This document shows, piece after piece, positions 34,045-44,985 of a DNA stretch of 64,000 bases. The position numbers were made by a program, and so were the translations under genes. This DNA is from Williopsis jadinii (taxonomy: Eukaryota). Location: the NCBI GenBank assembly GCA_024346625.1, contig AP024665.1:1860001-1924000 (forward strand), written 5' to 3'. Every line of letters begins with the position of its first letter. The stretch's first letter is position 1. The notes beneath the pieces were generated by a model. It made no database searches and had not been told where the DNA came from. It saw nothing but the letters and a program-made list of their open reading frames with translations.

Positions 34045-37000
34045 ATTTCAGTGCTGAAATTATTTCTTTGCGAGCTTCTCTGTGCCTAAATTGACACTGT
34101 GTTTCATTAGCTCATTTTATTCTTCGCTATCTTGTCTGAAAGACATTTTACTTCTAAACCAATCGCCACTTTATTTGGATTCTTATCTGTGCTAGTTAAA
34201 CCTCAATTCTGAGACCTTATGGGTGAATCAACCTTTGATCCAAGAGCATCTCTTATGAGCGGAATCAATGCGCCCTGACTGCCATTAATTTCTTCGTCAT
34301 GTATGTTGTATCATGATATTATATATACATATTTCCAACTATTTTACTTCTAGGTTGGATATTTCATAGTCATTTCTCCAAACAAGTTTAACTTTTGTAG
34401 GATTGAGGCGTGAAGGAGTTTCTAGTTTAAAAGGAATCAACATTAGTATTCAAATGTAATTAACTGTTGTGTATACGAGCGGAAAATCCTTTGCTCAATA
34501 GCGGAATTGGCTCATGTTACAAGGTTAGATGCAAATTCCCATAACACGAGTTACAGTAAGGAGGGTCCAAGAAAGTTGAAATGAAAAAGAAGACTGAAAC
34601 TAGTCAAAGGTTACCGATTTTAAATGAGCTTTGGCAATTGGTGCAGGGCGAAAGTACATCACCATAAGTTCAGCATGGTCAACTCTCAAAACCACCTATG
34701 TATGGATGATGCAATTCGAAGAAATACAACAATCGAAATGCAGGGTAAACCATCGATGGCTTGCTGACGCGTGGATCATGAATCGTTACCATTTCAAGCC
34801 AACTATTCAACAAGTACCGTCCACGTGATAGACGCCTGCACCAAGATTAAAAATCGTTCATTTCCCGATAATGAAATAAGATCGTTTCACATCATGGCCA
34901 TCATTTCCGTCTCATATGCGTATTAACGTACTGCATTGCTGTAGGCTTAGAAAATATCCCAAGCCTCTAGAGGAGATTGATGCCTTGTGAGGCTGGAGTT
35001 CATAACAACTCGATTGGCCACCGTGTCGCTGGGTTCAGTCTGCAGTTGTATATTTATCCTGTTTAGGAGCGTACAACTTTGCATAAGTCAAAAACAGGTA
35101 TATAAATCACAAGTGTAATGATGAGATGCCATGATGGCCTACTTCGCTAGGGGTAACGAGCAGCGAAGCTTAAAACGTATCATGAATAATATCGTATAGT
35201 CCCATGTCCTGGAATCCCAGATGGAAGGTGGGCACCACATAGATGCACATATTTGTTATGGATTCATTGCAGGCTTGCAGATTGATGATGCATTATGAAA
35301 ATTTTCAATCATGGAAATCACTCAGTTTTAGCCAGTCCTTCAACAACATTAACATAGACGATAGAACTTAAGGACAAGTAAGGAGGAGAAACAGAAGCCC
35401 AGACTGCGAAGTTATGGTCCATAAAATATCTGCCATGTTCATAGGACCGATTCACAGTTGCAGCTTTTTGTAAGTAGAGATCTTTGCTTGTGGTTGCTTT
35501 CTTTTCCGTCCTGATTGCACAGAGACCGATCAACAATAAGCTCCCCTATTATTCTTCCAGAGAGGTTTGTAGAATCAAAGTTACTACTGTAGAATACGTG
35601 AGCGAGATTTATGTAGATTATATATATACATTATTAGTATTATAGCTACATTTGGTACTTGGCCCGAAGCTAGGATGATTGATGACAACTCTGTTCTAAG
35701 TAAGATTGTATGCGTGGAGTTGAAAGTTGCACCAATATTACACTTGTGAATTGGTACTGAAATTAGGTTAACGACTTACACCTTTAACCAACGAATCTAA
35801 AACAGATCATGTTGATCAATTCGGTATATATCTGTATACAATCGATCCAGGCAGCATCATATACTTCCTCCGTACAGTTACTCTATTTGTGAGTTGGGTC
35901 TTTGGGAGGAGTCAGGAGAGTTACTGCTCCGCTTCCAAAGGCTGACTCTAAGGTAGTACATACACAGAGTGATGCACAGCTATGCTACAACATGAAATCT
36001 GTACCTCAGCATTTTTACATTTTCTTGCATCGTCTCCTTCCGGATTGGAGCGGCGGAAGGTATTCTTGAAGTTTGCAAGCTGGAGGGTTGCAAACTTTGA
36101 TTCATTTTAAGAAGCATGTGGCTAGTGGTTTTCATCCCATCTACTACGTAAACCAGTTGATAACTGCTCTTTACGGATATGTTCGAGATATTTATGCGGG
36201 AGTTGAGGAGCCCTCTGCACGGATCAGGGATTATGTAAATAAATATGTAGAAACTGTACATTAATCCCGCCACTTACACTTTTTACCCAGAACTCTCAGT
36301 CCAGCCCACATATACGAATCTTGATTTCTTTTCATAATTATCGTGATAAGCTACATAGGGTTGTTAGGAGAAGTCGTTACCAAGTGTATATAATTTGTAA
36401 AGGTGTGAAGTTATTAGGCTTGCGTGTCAAGTGCAACTGGAAGTCGAACAATGTGTTCGTTTATTTTGCGTGTCTTATTACGTTATAGTAATTGATAGGT
36501 AGAGCACATACGGGCCTCAAATCAAGTCAGCGTTGTGACTGTCCATTCTAAAGCAAACAGTTCTACAGCCGGTGTCTTTATCTTATTCCAGATCAATACA
36601 TGACTGCAGCATGTTGACGTATTTGGCTGTTCGTGAGTATGATTGACAATTACATGACGAATCGATTGACATTTCCACATTCAGCTATGTTCAATGATGT
36701 GTTCATTTACCACCTATTTCTGGGCTTGATCGACCTGATAAACTCTCATTTGAAACTATGCGTACATAGCGATTTCAACTAGCAATCACAAATTATATAT
36801 CAAATGCGTACTTGTATTAGGTGATTCAAAATAATATTTGATACATAAAGTTGTGCAGTATGTGTGTAAGATATATGATGACATTGTTAGTCACTTGAGG
36901 GGTCTGTCGAGGAGCAGAGGATCTTCATTACAAATATTTTTGCAACAAAAAATAGGTTTTAGTAACGATGATCTTTGGAAGAGTATGCAGACTAATGTGC

Positions 37001-38274
37001 TGACAAGATGTGTAGAGACTGTAATGCGTCGTACCTTTCATCAAAAATGACAAGATGTATGCGCTTGCTGTCCCCCACTTCAACTTTCTCTAAAATATTA
37101 GTTGATTAAAGCTGTTTGAAGCTGGACAACTCTTCAGAAACTGTCGTAAACACAACTCTCTCTTAAAACAACGTTTCAGTAAACCTTCCGTCTGGAAAAA
37201 CAATATGACTGCTACCCAGCAATTAAAGCCGACGAAAAAATGACATCAGAGTCAACTTGGTCAGGCTGTTTGGTGCTGAAATGAGCTAAACACCGTGAAC
37301 GTAAATCCATCATGCGAGGGATATCTTATAAGCACTGTTCTGGCCATATAGCGCATCTGAGAGCCCAGAATTCACATCTAAGTGAAACTCTAAGGGTGCC
37401 TTGAGGTTGATGTTCCGGAAGCTCTGTTCAATGCTACTGGTTTCCAGATCATTGCCACTCCAAATGTAGCCACCAGTACAGTCTTCATGCCTAAGGCTTC
37501 GATGCGATCAATAACACACAATAACAATGCCTTAGTGAGACCATATAGCCGGACCACGCAATCCTCTTCTCTTACGATTCAAAAGAAAACACTGCCTGCA
37601 ATACTCGATTCGATTCTTCAAGCCCTCTGTCTCCAAGGTCGAGGCTTGTGGGCTGATGCCTACTACTCTATGCATCGTACGCAGTGCGCATCACTGAAAT
37701 TTCGACGGCTGTGAAGCCTCAGATTCGACGTTTGGGACTGAAAATCTCAAATCACCGTCACAGCCTATAAAATTCCCCTTTGAGGGCTATGATTGTAGTA
37801 AACTACCAGCCATAGGATCTAAGAGATGTAGCTTTCTTAGCCCAGTAACTCTTGAAGCTAATCAAACTTTATGAGACAAATGTGGACCAAACGTTGTGGA
37901 ACATACATGATGAAGTGAGGTCGCCTAAATTTAGGTTCCCTCAAGTGCTAACCGAAGGAAAACATTGGGCTGCTTTAAGAAACCACGCAGAGAGTCTTGG
38001 AATACCTCGTCGATTAGGAGTCGTGCACTGAGTTACTACAGAAACACATATAAAAAAGGCCGAGCCTTTCGACAGAAGAGGAGGATTACACAGCCGTGTA
38101 GCCCACTGCGTAGTGGCTACTACTGGTATTTCCCGAGCCGTGTTCAAGAAGTGGTTGCCTTGATGAGTGGGCTTGTGTTCATAAATTAGTCAGCGAGAAG
38201 ACCTTCAGATCTGTCCGGGCTCAGTGATGGTAATTCATTACAGGGGGAGAAGAAAAGCGAACGTCAAGCCTAAT

Positions 38275-38336
38275 CACACTTGGAGTCCTTGACTTTTACT
38301 GTAACCACACTTGGAGTCCTTGCCTTTCACTGTACT
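38275..38336. repeat. 31-bp imperfect tandem duplication upstream of wall-protein paralog B
   Basis: cacacttggagtccttgacttttactgtaac / cacacttggagtccttgcctttcactgtact. Confidence 0.85.
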
Positions 38337-38844
38337 CAGATGTGTGTCCAATTCATTTCGTATCAATGTACTCTCCGGATTACAAATTGGAATTATGGAG
38401 ATACCAAATCGCGTTTCATATCTACCGCCTTTCAAGCAGTTGCTTACTGGCAAAGGGAAATTCTATAACAGCGTTACAGTGGCCATTGGTTGTATAAACT
38501 CCAGTGACTGATATCCAAACATAGCGCAATGTACTATACTGCATCATTGGATGCGTCTGTATACATGCAGCAGAAACTCTGATTCCAAATATGATACATC
38601 CGACATATAAGTGCAACTATGTTATATGTATTAGCCATGCGCATCTTGGACAGTACCAGCCGCCTTTGAAGATTTGATCTCACAGGATTCTGATGCTGAA
38701 CACTCAGAAGGTTCTGCCTGTACGAATATGCGTTGCTCTAAGACCCATGTGGTGATATGATATAAAAGGACGCTGGATCCACTCCCAATTCCATTAGAAC
38801 AGTAGTAAGCTAATCAACAAACATAACCTTATATATCACTCGCT

Positions 38845-40533
38845 ATGGTTTCTTTAAAGGCTATCGCTGTTGCTACCTTGGCAGCCGTTGCTACTGCTCA
38901 GTACTCCAACTCTACATCTTCTGATGTTCCATCAACTTTCTCCATCAGCTCTTCTTCAAGCGAGGAAGATGTTGCTACCTCTTCTTCCGAGGACTTCATC
39001 ATCTCATCCTCCACTTCCTCTGAGGCTGTCCGTACCCCATACATGACTGGTTACTTGGATGCTGAAGGTGCTCCAACCTTTGAGATCTACCTTCCAGGAA
39101 ACATTGCCACTTGGACCAACGTTGAAGTCCAAGGTTCCAACCCTGATTCTCCTTATGTCTTCAGTGGTGTTGATGTCAATGTCGACTCTGAGGTTGTCGG
39201 ATCTGGTTCTTACACTGATGACACTTTCTCCGCTTCCTACGACCAATCTATTGAGTACGAGGAGGACTTGATTATCTACATTCACGCTGTTGCTACTGGT
39301 GAAGCTCCATACAGTGCTATTGCTTCCGTTGCTATCACAGTTCCAGATGAGAGCAGATTGAAAAAGAGAGCTACTATTACTCTCGATTTCGAAGCCTCTA
39401 TCGACCAGGATGCTAGCAGCATCTCCTCTGTTGAGAGTTCTTCTTCCGCTGAGGAGTCTACTGAGTCTGAATCCTCTGCTGAGTCTGAGTCTTCTTCCGA
39501 GTCCGAGTCTTCTGCTGAGTCTGAGTCTTCTTCCGAGTCCGAGTCTTCTGCTGAGTCTGAATCCTCTGCTGAGACCATCACCTCTGAAATCACATCTACT
39601 GCTACTGCCAGTGACATTTCAACCACCGTTGTTACTATCACCTCCTGTTCTGACAACGCCTGCTCCAAGACTGCTGTCACCACTGGTGTCACTGTTGTGA
39701 CTGCCACCATCTCTGGTGTTGTCACTGAGTACACAACCTACTGCCCACTCACTGCTGATGAGACTTCTGCTGAAGAGACCACCACCGTTGCTCCAGCTTC
39801 TGAAGTTTCTTCTGTCGTCACCACCACTGTTACTGCTCCATCTACAACTGTTGTTACTATCACCTCTTGTGCAGAGAACCGTTGTGAGGAGAGCACAGTC
39901 ACCACTGGTGTCGTCGTTGTCACATCCACTCCAGCTGAGGGTGAGGTCACTATTTACACCACTTACTGCCCATTGACCAGCGCTTCTTCTTACACTACTG
40001 TTATTACCGTGACTCCAACTGAGGCACCAGCTACTACCGAAACTGGTGAGGTTATTACCACTGAGGTTACCACCGTTGTTACTGGTACTTCTGAGAACGA
40101 GGAGACTGCCTACACTACTGTCGTCACCGAGGTTACTACTGTTGGTGCTGAGGGTACCACCGCTACTGCTGAGGGTACCACTGCTACTGCTGAAGGTACT
40201 ACTGCCACTGCTGAGGGTACTACTGCCACTGCTGAGGGTACCACCGCTACTGCTGAGGGTACTACTGCTACTGCTGAGGGTACTACTGCCACTGCTGAGG
40301 GTACCACCGCTACTGCTGAGGGTACTACTGCCACTGCTGAGGGTACCACCGCTACTGCTGAGGGTACTACTGCCACTGCTGAGGGTACCACCGCTGCTAC
40401 TGAGGCTACCACTGTCTCCACTGTTGCCAGTGGTGCTGAAGGTTCTGCCTCTGTCTCCACCTACGAGGGTGCTGCTGCTCAATTGAGCGCCGGTGCTGCT
40501 GCTTTGGCTGGTTTCGTCTACTTGCTCTTGTAA
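38845..40533 (+). CDS. GPI-anchored cell-wall mannoprotein, Ywp1/flocculin type-3 repeat family (paralog B)
   Basis: Signal peptide, N-domain homologous to paralog A ending in KKR, two Cys-containing flocculin repeats, STYEGAA plus hydrophobic tail; TATAAAA at 38761; shares ctcgctATGgtttcttt with paralog A. Confidence 0.92.
   Translation: MVSLKAIAVATLAAVATAQYSNSTSSDVPSTFSISSSSSEEDVATSSSEDFIISSSTSSEAVRTPYMTGYLDAEGAPTFEIYLPGNIATWTNVEVQGSNPDSPYVFSGVDVNVDSEVVGSGSYTDDTFSASYDQSIEYEEDLIIYIHAVATGEAPYSAIASVAITVPDESRLKKRATITLDFEASIDQDASSISSVESSSSAEESTESESSAESESSSESESSAESESSSESESSAESESSAETITSEITSTATASDISTTVVTITSCSDNACSKTAVTTGVTVVTATISGVVTEYTTYCPLTADETSAEETTTVAPASEVSSVVTTTVTAPSTTVVTITSCAENRCEESTVTTGVVVVTSTPAEGEVTIYTTYCPLTSASSYTTVITVTPTEAPATTETGEVITTEVTTVVTGTSENEETAYTTVVTEVTTVGAEGTTATAEGTTATAEGTTATAEGTTATAEGTTATAEGTTATAEGTTATAEGTTATAEGTTATAEGTTATAEGTTATAEGTTAATEATTVSTVASGAEGSASVSTYEGAAAQLSAGAAALAGFVYLLL
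39463..39570 (+). repeat. Coding minisatellite, 18 bp x 6 ([12 protein letters not shown])
   Basis: Six consecutive in-frame gagtcygartcytctkcy units. Confidence 0.9.
40147..40398 (+). repeat. Coding minisatellite, 21 bp x 12 (AEGTTAT)
   Basis: Eleven AEGTTAT units plus one AEGTTAA; units differ mainly at synonymous positions. Confidence 0.93.
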
Positions 40534-41289
40534 GTCTGAGACGATGCTATCGTATAATTCTCATTATACCATCAAGATTCATTCGCTTAAAGATGGAACA
40601 ATCCTTCATTAAACGTCTGATTCTTATGTTCATTTTCCCTTCATTTTCTTTCTCAACTGTTGTTTCATAATATTTATCTTCTACCGAGTGAGGAAGTCAA
40701 CTGTTTTTGGTTCATTTGCATATCACTCAATCTTATTTCAGGTTTTCGCTTACATATAATGTACTCAACTCCACGAGGGGTATCATCTTCGATCACCACC
40801 TGCTGAGTACATGTCAACTTTGTTCTCATTTATCCACGGTTGGTCATGTCATGTCGTGTTTATAATTCGACTACAGGAACGAACGCTTTTGCATGTTTTA
40901 CTTAAAGATGGGATACACGACTTCGTATATCTCCAGTTTTTGGTCACTGTGTTGGCGATGAGCTGTTGGACTCCAGCTGCTTTGTCGTTGGACTATGGCT
41001 AAACTTTCAAGTTCAATCTATTAATTAATCAAAAATCCGGTCATTGTAGTAACTTTCCTGCTGGTAGAGCCTATAAAGAATGTGAGGACAAATTGCGAAA
41101 TAGATATGTCCAAAGAGAATACGTACGATTTAGTATAATTTCCCTTTTCATCTACTTTTCAGACCTTATTCGTAAAAAAAAAACTTTTCGAATTGCATGA
41201 AGCACTTGCATTAGTACTCGGTGTATGTTTACACATCGTTGTTGCACTTCAATTCATAGGAAGTTAGCCACGTTATAACCCGAATAGAG

Positions 41290-42844
41290 ATGGCCAAGAT
41301 GTAAGTGAGTCTTGCGGCTTACCAGGGATGAGAGCCCTTTTTATTAACACTGATTTAGCATTGTGCTCCATCCTGATGCTTCTAAGCTAAGCTCGATAGC
41401 GACGAAGATCAACGCTTTGAACAAGAAGTCTGGCCCGTTCGACCCTATCATCCTCATAGGAGATGCCCTTCCTGAGGAGGAGGAGACGCTGTCTACGGTG
41501 AGGTTTGAGCCCCAGATTCTGTGTGCTCCTGGCTCACAGTCGTTGAAGTACGTAGGAGATGATCACAGAGAGCTTGAAGGTTCCAACATTTCGTACTTGG
41601 GGAAATACGGGACGCTTACAAAGGCAGATGGAATAACAATCGCATTCGTCACTGGAGATGAAAAGGTCCTGGACGACGAGATGGAGCAGATTCTCCAAGA
41701 TCTCAGGGGAAAGAAAGTTGATGTGCTGATCACATACCAATGGCCTTATGCAATTGCCAATGAGAGAGAGTTGTTCTTTGGAAATACAAACATCGATAGA
41801 ATAGTCAGACAGACACAACCACAGTACCATTTCGCAGTTGGATCCAACGTTGGAAAGTTCTTTGAGCGCCCACCATTCCAATGGAGCGACTCTTTGACGA
41901 ATACGAGGTTCATATCCTTGGGAGAATTCGAATCTGGCGATAAGTGGATCTACGCGTTCAACATCAACGCTACCCAGGAGCTGAAACCACCAGCAAATTT
42001 AACACCAAATCCTTTCGAAACAGAGGAAGTTACTCAACCGAAGAAACGTGTCTTTGAGGAGCCTTTAGCTGATGATACATCGAAGAAGATAAGGCTCAGG
42101 AAAGTCGTCTCACCGGAGAACTGTTTCTTCTGTCTATCGAATCCGAAGTTGGAATCTCATATGATAATATCTATTGGAGAACATGCATACCTAACCATAG
42201 CAAAGGGCCCATTGACTCGACCAACACGGCTCATGAACTTTTCTGGTCACTGTCTTATCATTCCAGTTGCTCATATACCATCGCTGGACTCATCCCGCGA
42301 CAACAAGTCTGTTGTCGAAACACCTCTCTACAACGAGATCATGAGGTATCAAGTGTCACTTGTCAAGTTCTTTGATTCCTTTGAGCTTGCAACGGTGTTT
42401 TTCCAGATCAACAAAGCAGATTCTGTACATTTCCATATACAATGTTTTCCCATCCCAGCAGACTTTCTCACAAAGTTCTCATCAGTATTGGAAAGAAAGT
42501 CAAAGTACAACAACGAGAAGCTGATACAGAACACCAAGCTCATGTTTCAGAAGTTTAAGGATACCGAGGACCCCAAATACCTGGAGTTCATCGACTCCAA
42601 GAAGGACTACATCAGTTTCACGTTGTTCAACAGATCAATATCCAAACAGGAGGTATACATCACTTATATCGACAGTTCAAAGTCCCTGGACTTGCAGTTT
42701 GGAAGACGAGTGTTGGCAGAGTTGTTACAAACACCAAAGAGAATCAAATGGGACAAGTGTAAACAGAGTAGAACAGTTGAAGAACAAGAGACCGAGGCTT
42801 TTAAAGAGAAGTTCAAATCGTACGATTTCACCATGGAGGGTTGA
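41290..42844 (+). CDS. DRN1: Cwf19-like debranching-enzyme-associated protein Drn1 (intron 41301-41358)
   Basis: Exon 1 ATGGCCAAGAT, intron GTAAGT...TATTAAC...TTTAG; spliced N-terminus MAKIIVLHPD...NKKSGPFD; CwfJ domain CFFCLSNP, AKGPL, GHCLIIP, DLQFGRRVLA; neighbours DBF2/PRP31/VAS1 as in S. cerevisiae. Confidence 0.9.
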
Positions 42845-42978
42845 TTACGTGTACTCAACACAATACTCGATATAAGAAACATGAACCACATTGTGATATC
42901 GAAACTAGAGAAATCAATAACAAAACGGTATTTAAACAATTAACAATAACAACCGGGCACTCAAAGTCATGGCAGTAC

Positions 42979-44700
42979 TCAATATAGCGTAGAGAATGGA
43001 TCTCTGTGATTGGTTTCAAACATACTTCTGATATTACTCAGCTCTCCCTTATGCTTGAACGTGAATCCAACAAAGTTTGGTGGTTTGATATTACTCTGGC
43101 CTGCAAGCTTTTGTACATGCTTTTGCTTGTTGAAGACTTCGGCGTACTTTGCCATATCTCCTTCATTCTCGAAATCGTCAAAGTAGCCAGCATCAAGATC
43201 GGAGTCCAATGAAGGGACGAAAGGCGGTGATCTATCTCTGATGTTGTCAAAATTGACACCATGGAAATAGTGGCATCTCTTCACCTGTTCAAAGTTCTTG
43301 TATCTCTGTTGACTATCTGCAATCAAATGGATTAACAAGTCCCAAGTCCTGTCACTAAAGACATATGTTCCATCGTTATTTCTTGGTCTACGGAAGTACG
43401 TTCTCCAGTTCTTCAAGTTCGAGTACGTCTCTTCAGTGGATTCACCACTGAATGGGGAAAACCCACACAAGCACTCAAAGAGCATGCAGCCCAAGGACCA
43501 ATAGTCGACTGTTTTATCGTAGGCGTAACATTTGACAATGTCGATGGCCATATAGTCTGGGGATCCAACGACCGATTTGGAATAGTTGAGATCGTTTTCT
43601 CTCAAAGTCTGGTATATTCTTCTTCTCTCCTGCATTGATCTTTGCAGTCCTTGATTTGCAGTGAATTTATCGCCAATCTTCTCCAATCTGATCTTCATCG
43701 ACTGAATTCTTTCGTCAGCAATGGTACCACATGCCAATCCAAAATCTGTCAATTTCAAATGGCCCTTGCCATCGATCAAAAAGTTCTCTGGCTTCAAGTC
43801 TCTATGGATGAATCCTGTCTTGTGAAGGTCGTCCAATGCTGCAAACATCTCAGCCATGTAGAATCTTGTGTGAACAGGAGAAAGGGTGCGACAGTTACTC
43901 AACAACGTTCTGAAATCACCACCAGGGACAAACTCCATACCCAAGTACACGCTTTCAGTGTCCTGGAAGGAGTACAACAACTTCACCAACCAGTCGCTTC
44001 TAGAAGCTGCTAAGATCTCCCTTTCAGTGAGCAAATGATCAGTCTCGTTCATCTTCACAATCATGGATTTGGAAATCACTTTCAAGGCACAGATCTCCCT
44101 GGTGTCTCTCTTTCTCGACAAGTAAACCTGTCCGTAACCACCTTGACCAATCTGCGTAATTATCTCAAAGTCTTTGTTCTTTGGTTTCAGTCTTCTCTTA
44201 CGCAACATCGCGGTCTCGTTGTTTACGTACGATCTCCACTCCATGTCAGGGTTTTGCGATCTATGTAAGTTATTGAGAACCGTCTTCGTACGCTCCCTTC
44301 TCGTGATAATGTAGTCAAAGTAATCACAGTAGTAGTCCAAGAAGTACATCTGACATACGTTAACCATGCGCTTGTGCTTACTATTCAACTTCTTCTTCGA
44401 AGCCTGTGACTGCTGCTGCTGCAACTGATGTTGAGCCCTTGGTGGCATCAGCCTGCTACTTTGCGGTCTCAAGGGGCTCGTCAGTGGGCTTTGATATGGC
44501 TGGTGCTGTGCGCGTGACTGAGCAGGAGAATACTTATTCTGGGACTGCGGATTGTTCTCTTTGTTCAAAGGAGACCTGGCGGACTCAAACGTGAATCGAT
44601 CCTGCTGGAATTGGAGGTCCTCAAAGCCCTTGGCCAACTCATCGCCGTGGTTGACGTTTGCTGACTTGTTCATCCTGTTACTGAAGAAGTTAGCAACCAT
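42979..44700 (-). CDS. DBF2: NDR/LATS kinase Dbf2/Dbf20 (mitotic exit network)
   Basis: CQMYFLDYYCD, GQGGYGQV, HRDLKPENFLID, TDFGL, SVVGSPDYMA, FVGFTFKH; first ATG at 44700. Confidence 0.95.
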   Translation of the reverse strand: MVANFFSNRMNKSANVNHGDELAKGFEDLQFQQDRFTFESARSPLNKENNPQSQNKYSPAQSRAQHQPYQSPLTSPLRPQSSRLMPPRAQHQLQQQQSQASKKKLNSKHKRMVNVCQMYFLDYYCDYFDYIITRRERTKTVLNNLHRSQNPDMEWRSYVNNETAMLRKRRLKPKNKDFEIITQIGQGGYGQVYLSRKRDTREICALKVISKSMIVKMNETDHLLTEREILAASRSDWLVKLLYSFQDTESVYLGMEFVPGGDFRTLLSNCRTLSPVHTRFYMAEMFAALDDLHKTGFIHRDLKPENFLIDGKGHLKLTDFGLACGTIADERIQSMKIRLEKIGDKFTANQGLQRSMQERRRIYQTLRENDLNYSKSVVGSPDYMAIDIVKCYAYDKTVDYWSLGCMLFECLCGFSPFSGESTEETYSNLKNWRTYFRRPRNNDGTYVFSDRTWDLLIHLIADSQQRYKNFEQVKRCHYFHGVNFDNIRDRSPPFVPSLDSDLDAGYFDDFENEGDMAKYAEVFNKQKHVQKLAGQSNIKPPNFVGFTFKHKGELSNIRSMFETNHRDPFSTLY

Positions 44701-44872
44701 TGCTGTTGGATGCTGTCGACGTGCTGGGATTTGGAGTGGAGGATAGAAGAGAAACAAGTCAGTTACGAGGGATAAGGGGATGTTTCAGCTGTGCCATGGA
44801 TGTTTTTTTGTGTGTTTTTGTGTGTTTACCTTTTTCCGTTTTGGGAACACTGGGGGGGGGGGACGACGATTG

Positions 44873-44936
44873 ACACCCGTACACCCGTACACCCGTACAC
44901 CCATACACCTAAACACCCGTACACCCAACCATCCAT
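44873..44936. repeat. 8-bp tandem array ACACCCRT x 7-8 (Rap1-site/telomere-core-like)
   Basis: acacccgt acacccgt acacccgt acacccat acacctaa acacccgt acacccaa ccatccat. Confidence 0.9.
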
Positions 44937-44985
44937 GCCATTACCTCATCTCACCTCATCTCAATTCTCATCTTCAGCACACAGT

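Noticed and set aside
34045..38844. Possible centromere in the long gene-free interval
   Set aside because: No CDEI/II/III arrangement, large inverted repeat or retroelement cluster is visible; a long wall-gene promoter is the simpler explanation.
39619..40486. Long antisense and frameshifted ORFs over wall-protein B (and similar ones over paralog A)
   Set aside because: Stop-free shadows of repetitive Ser/Thr/Ala codons.
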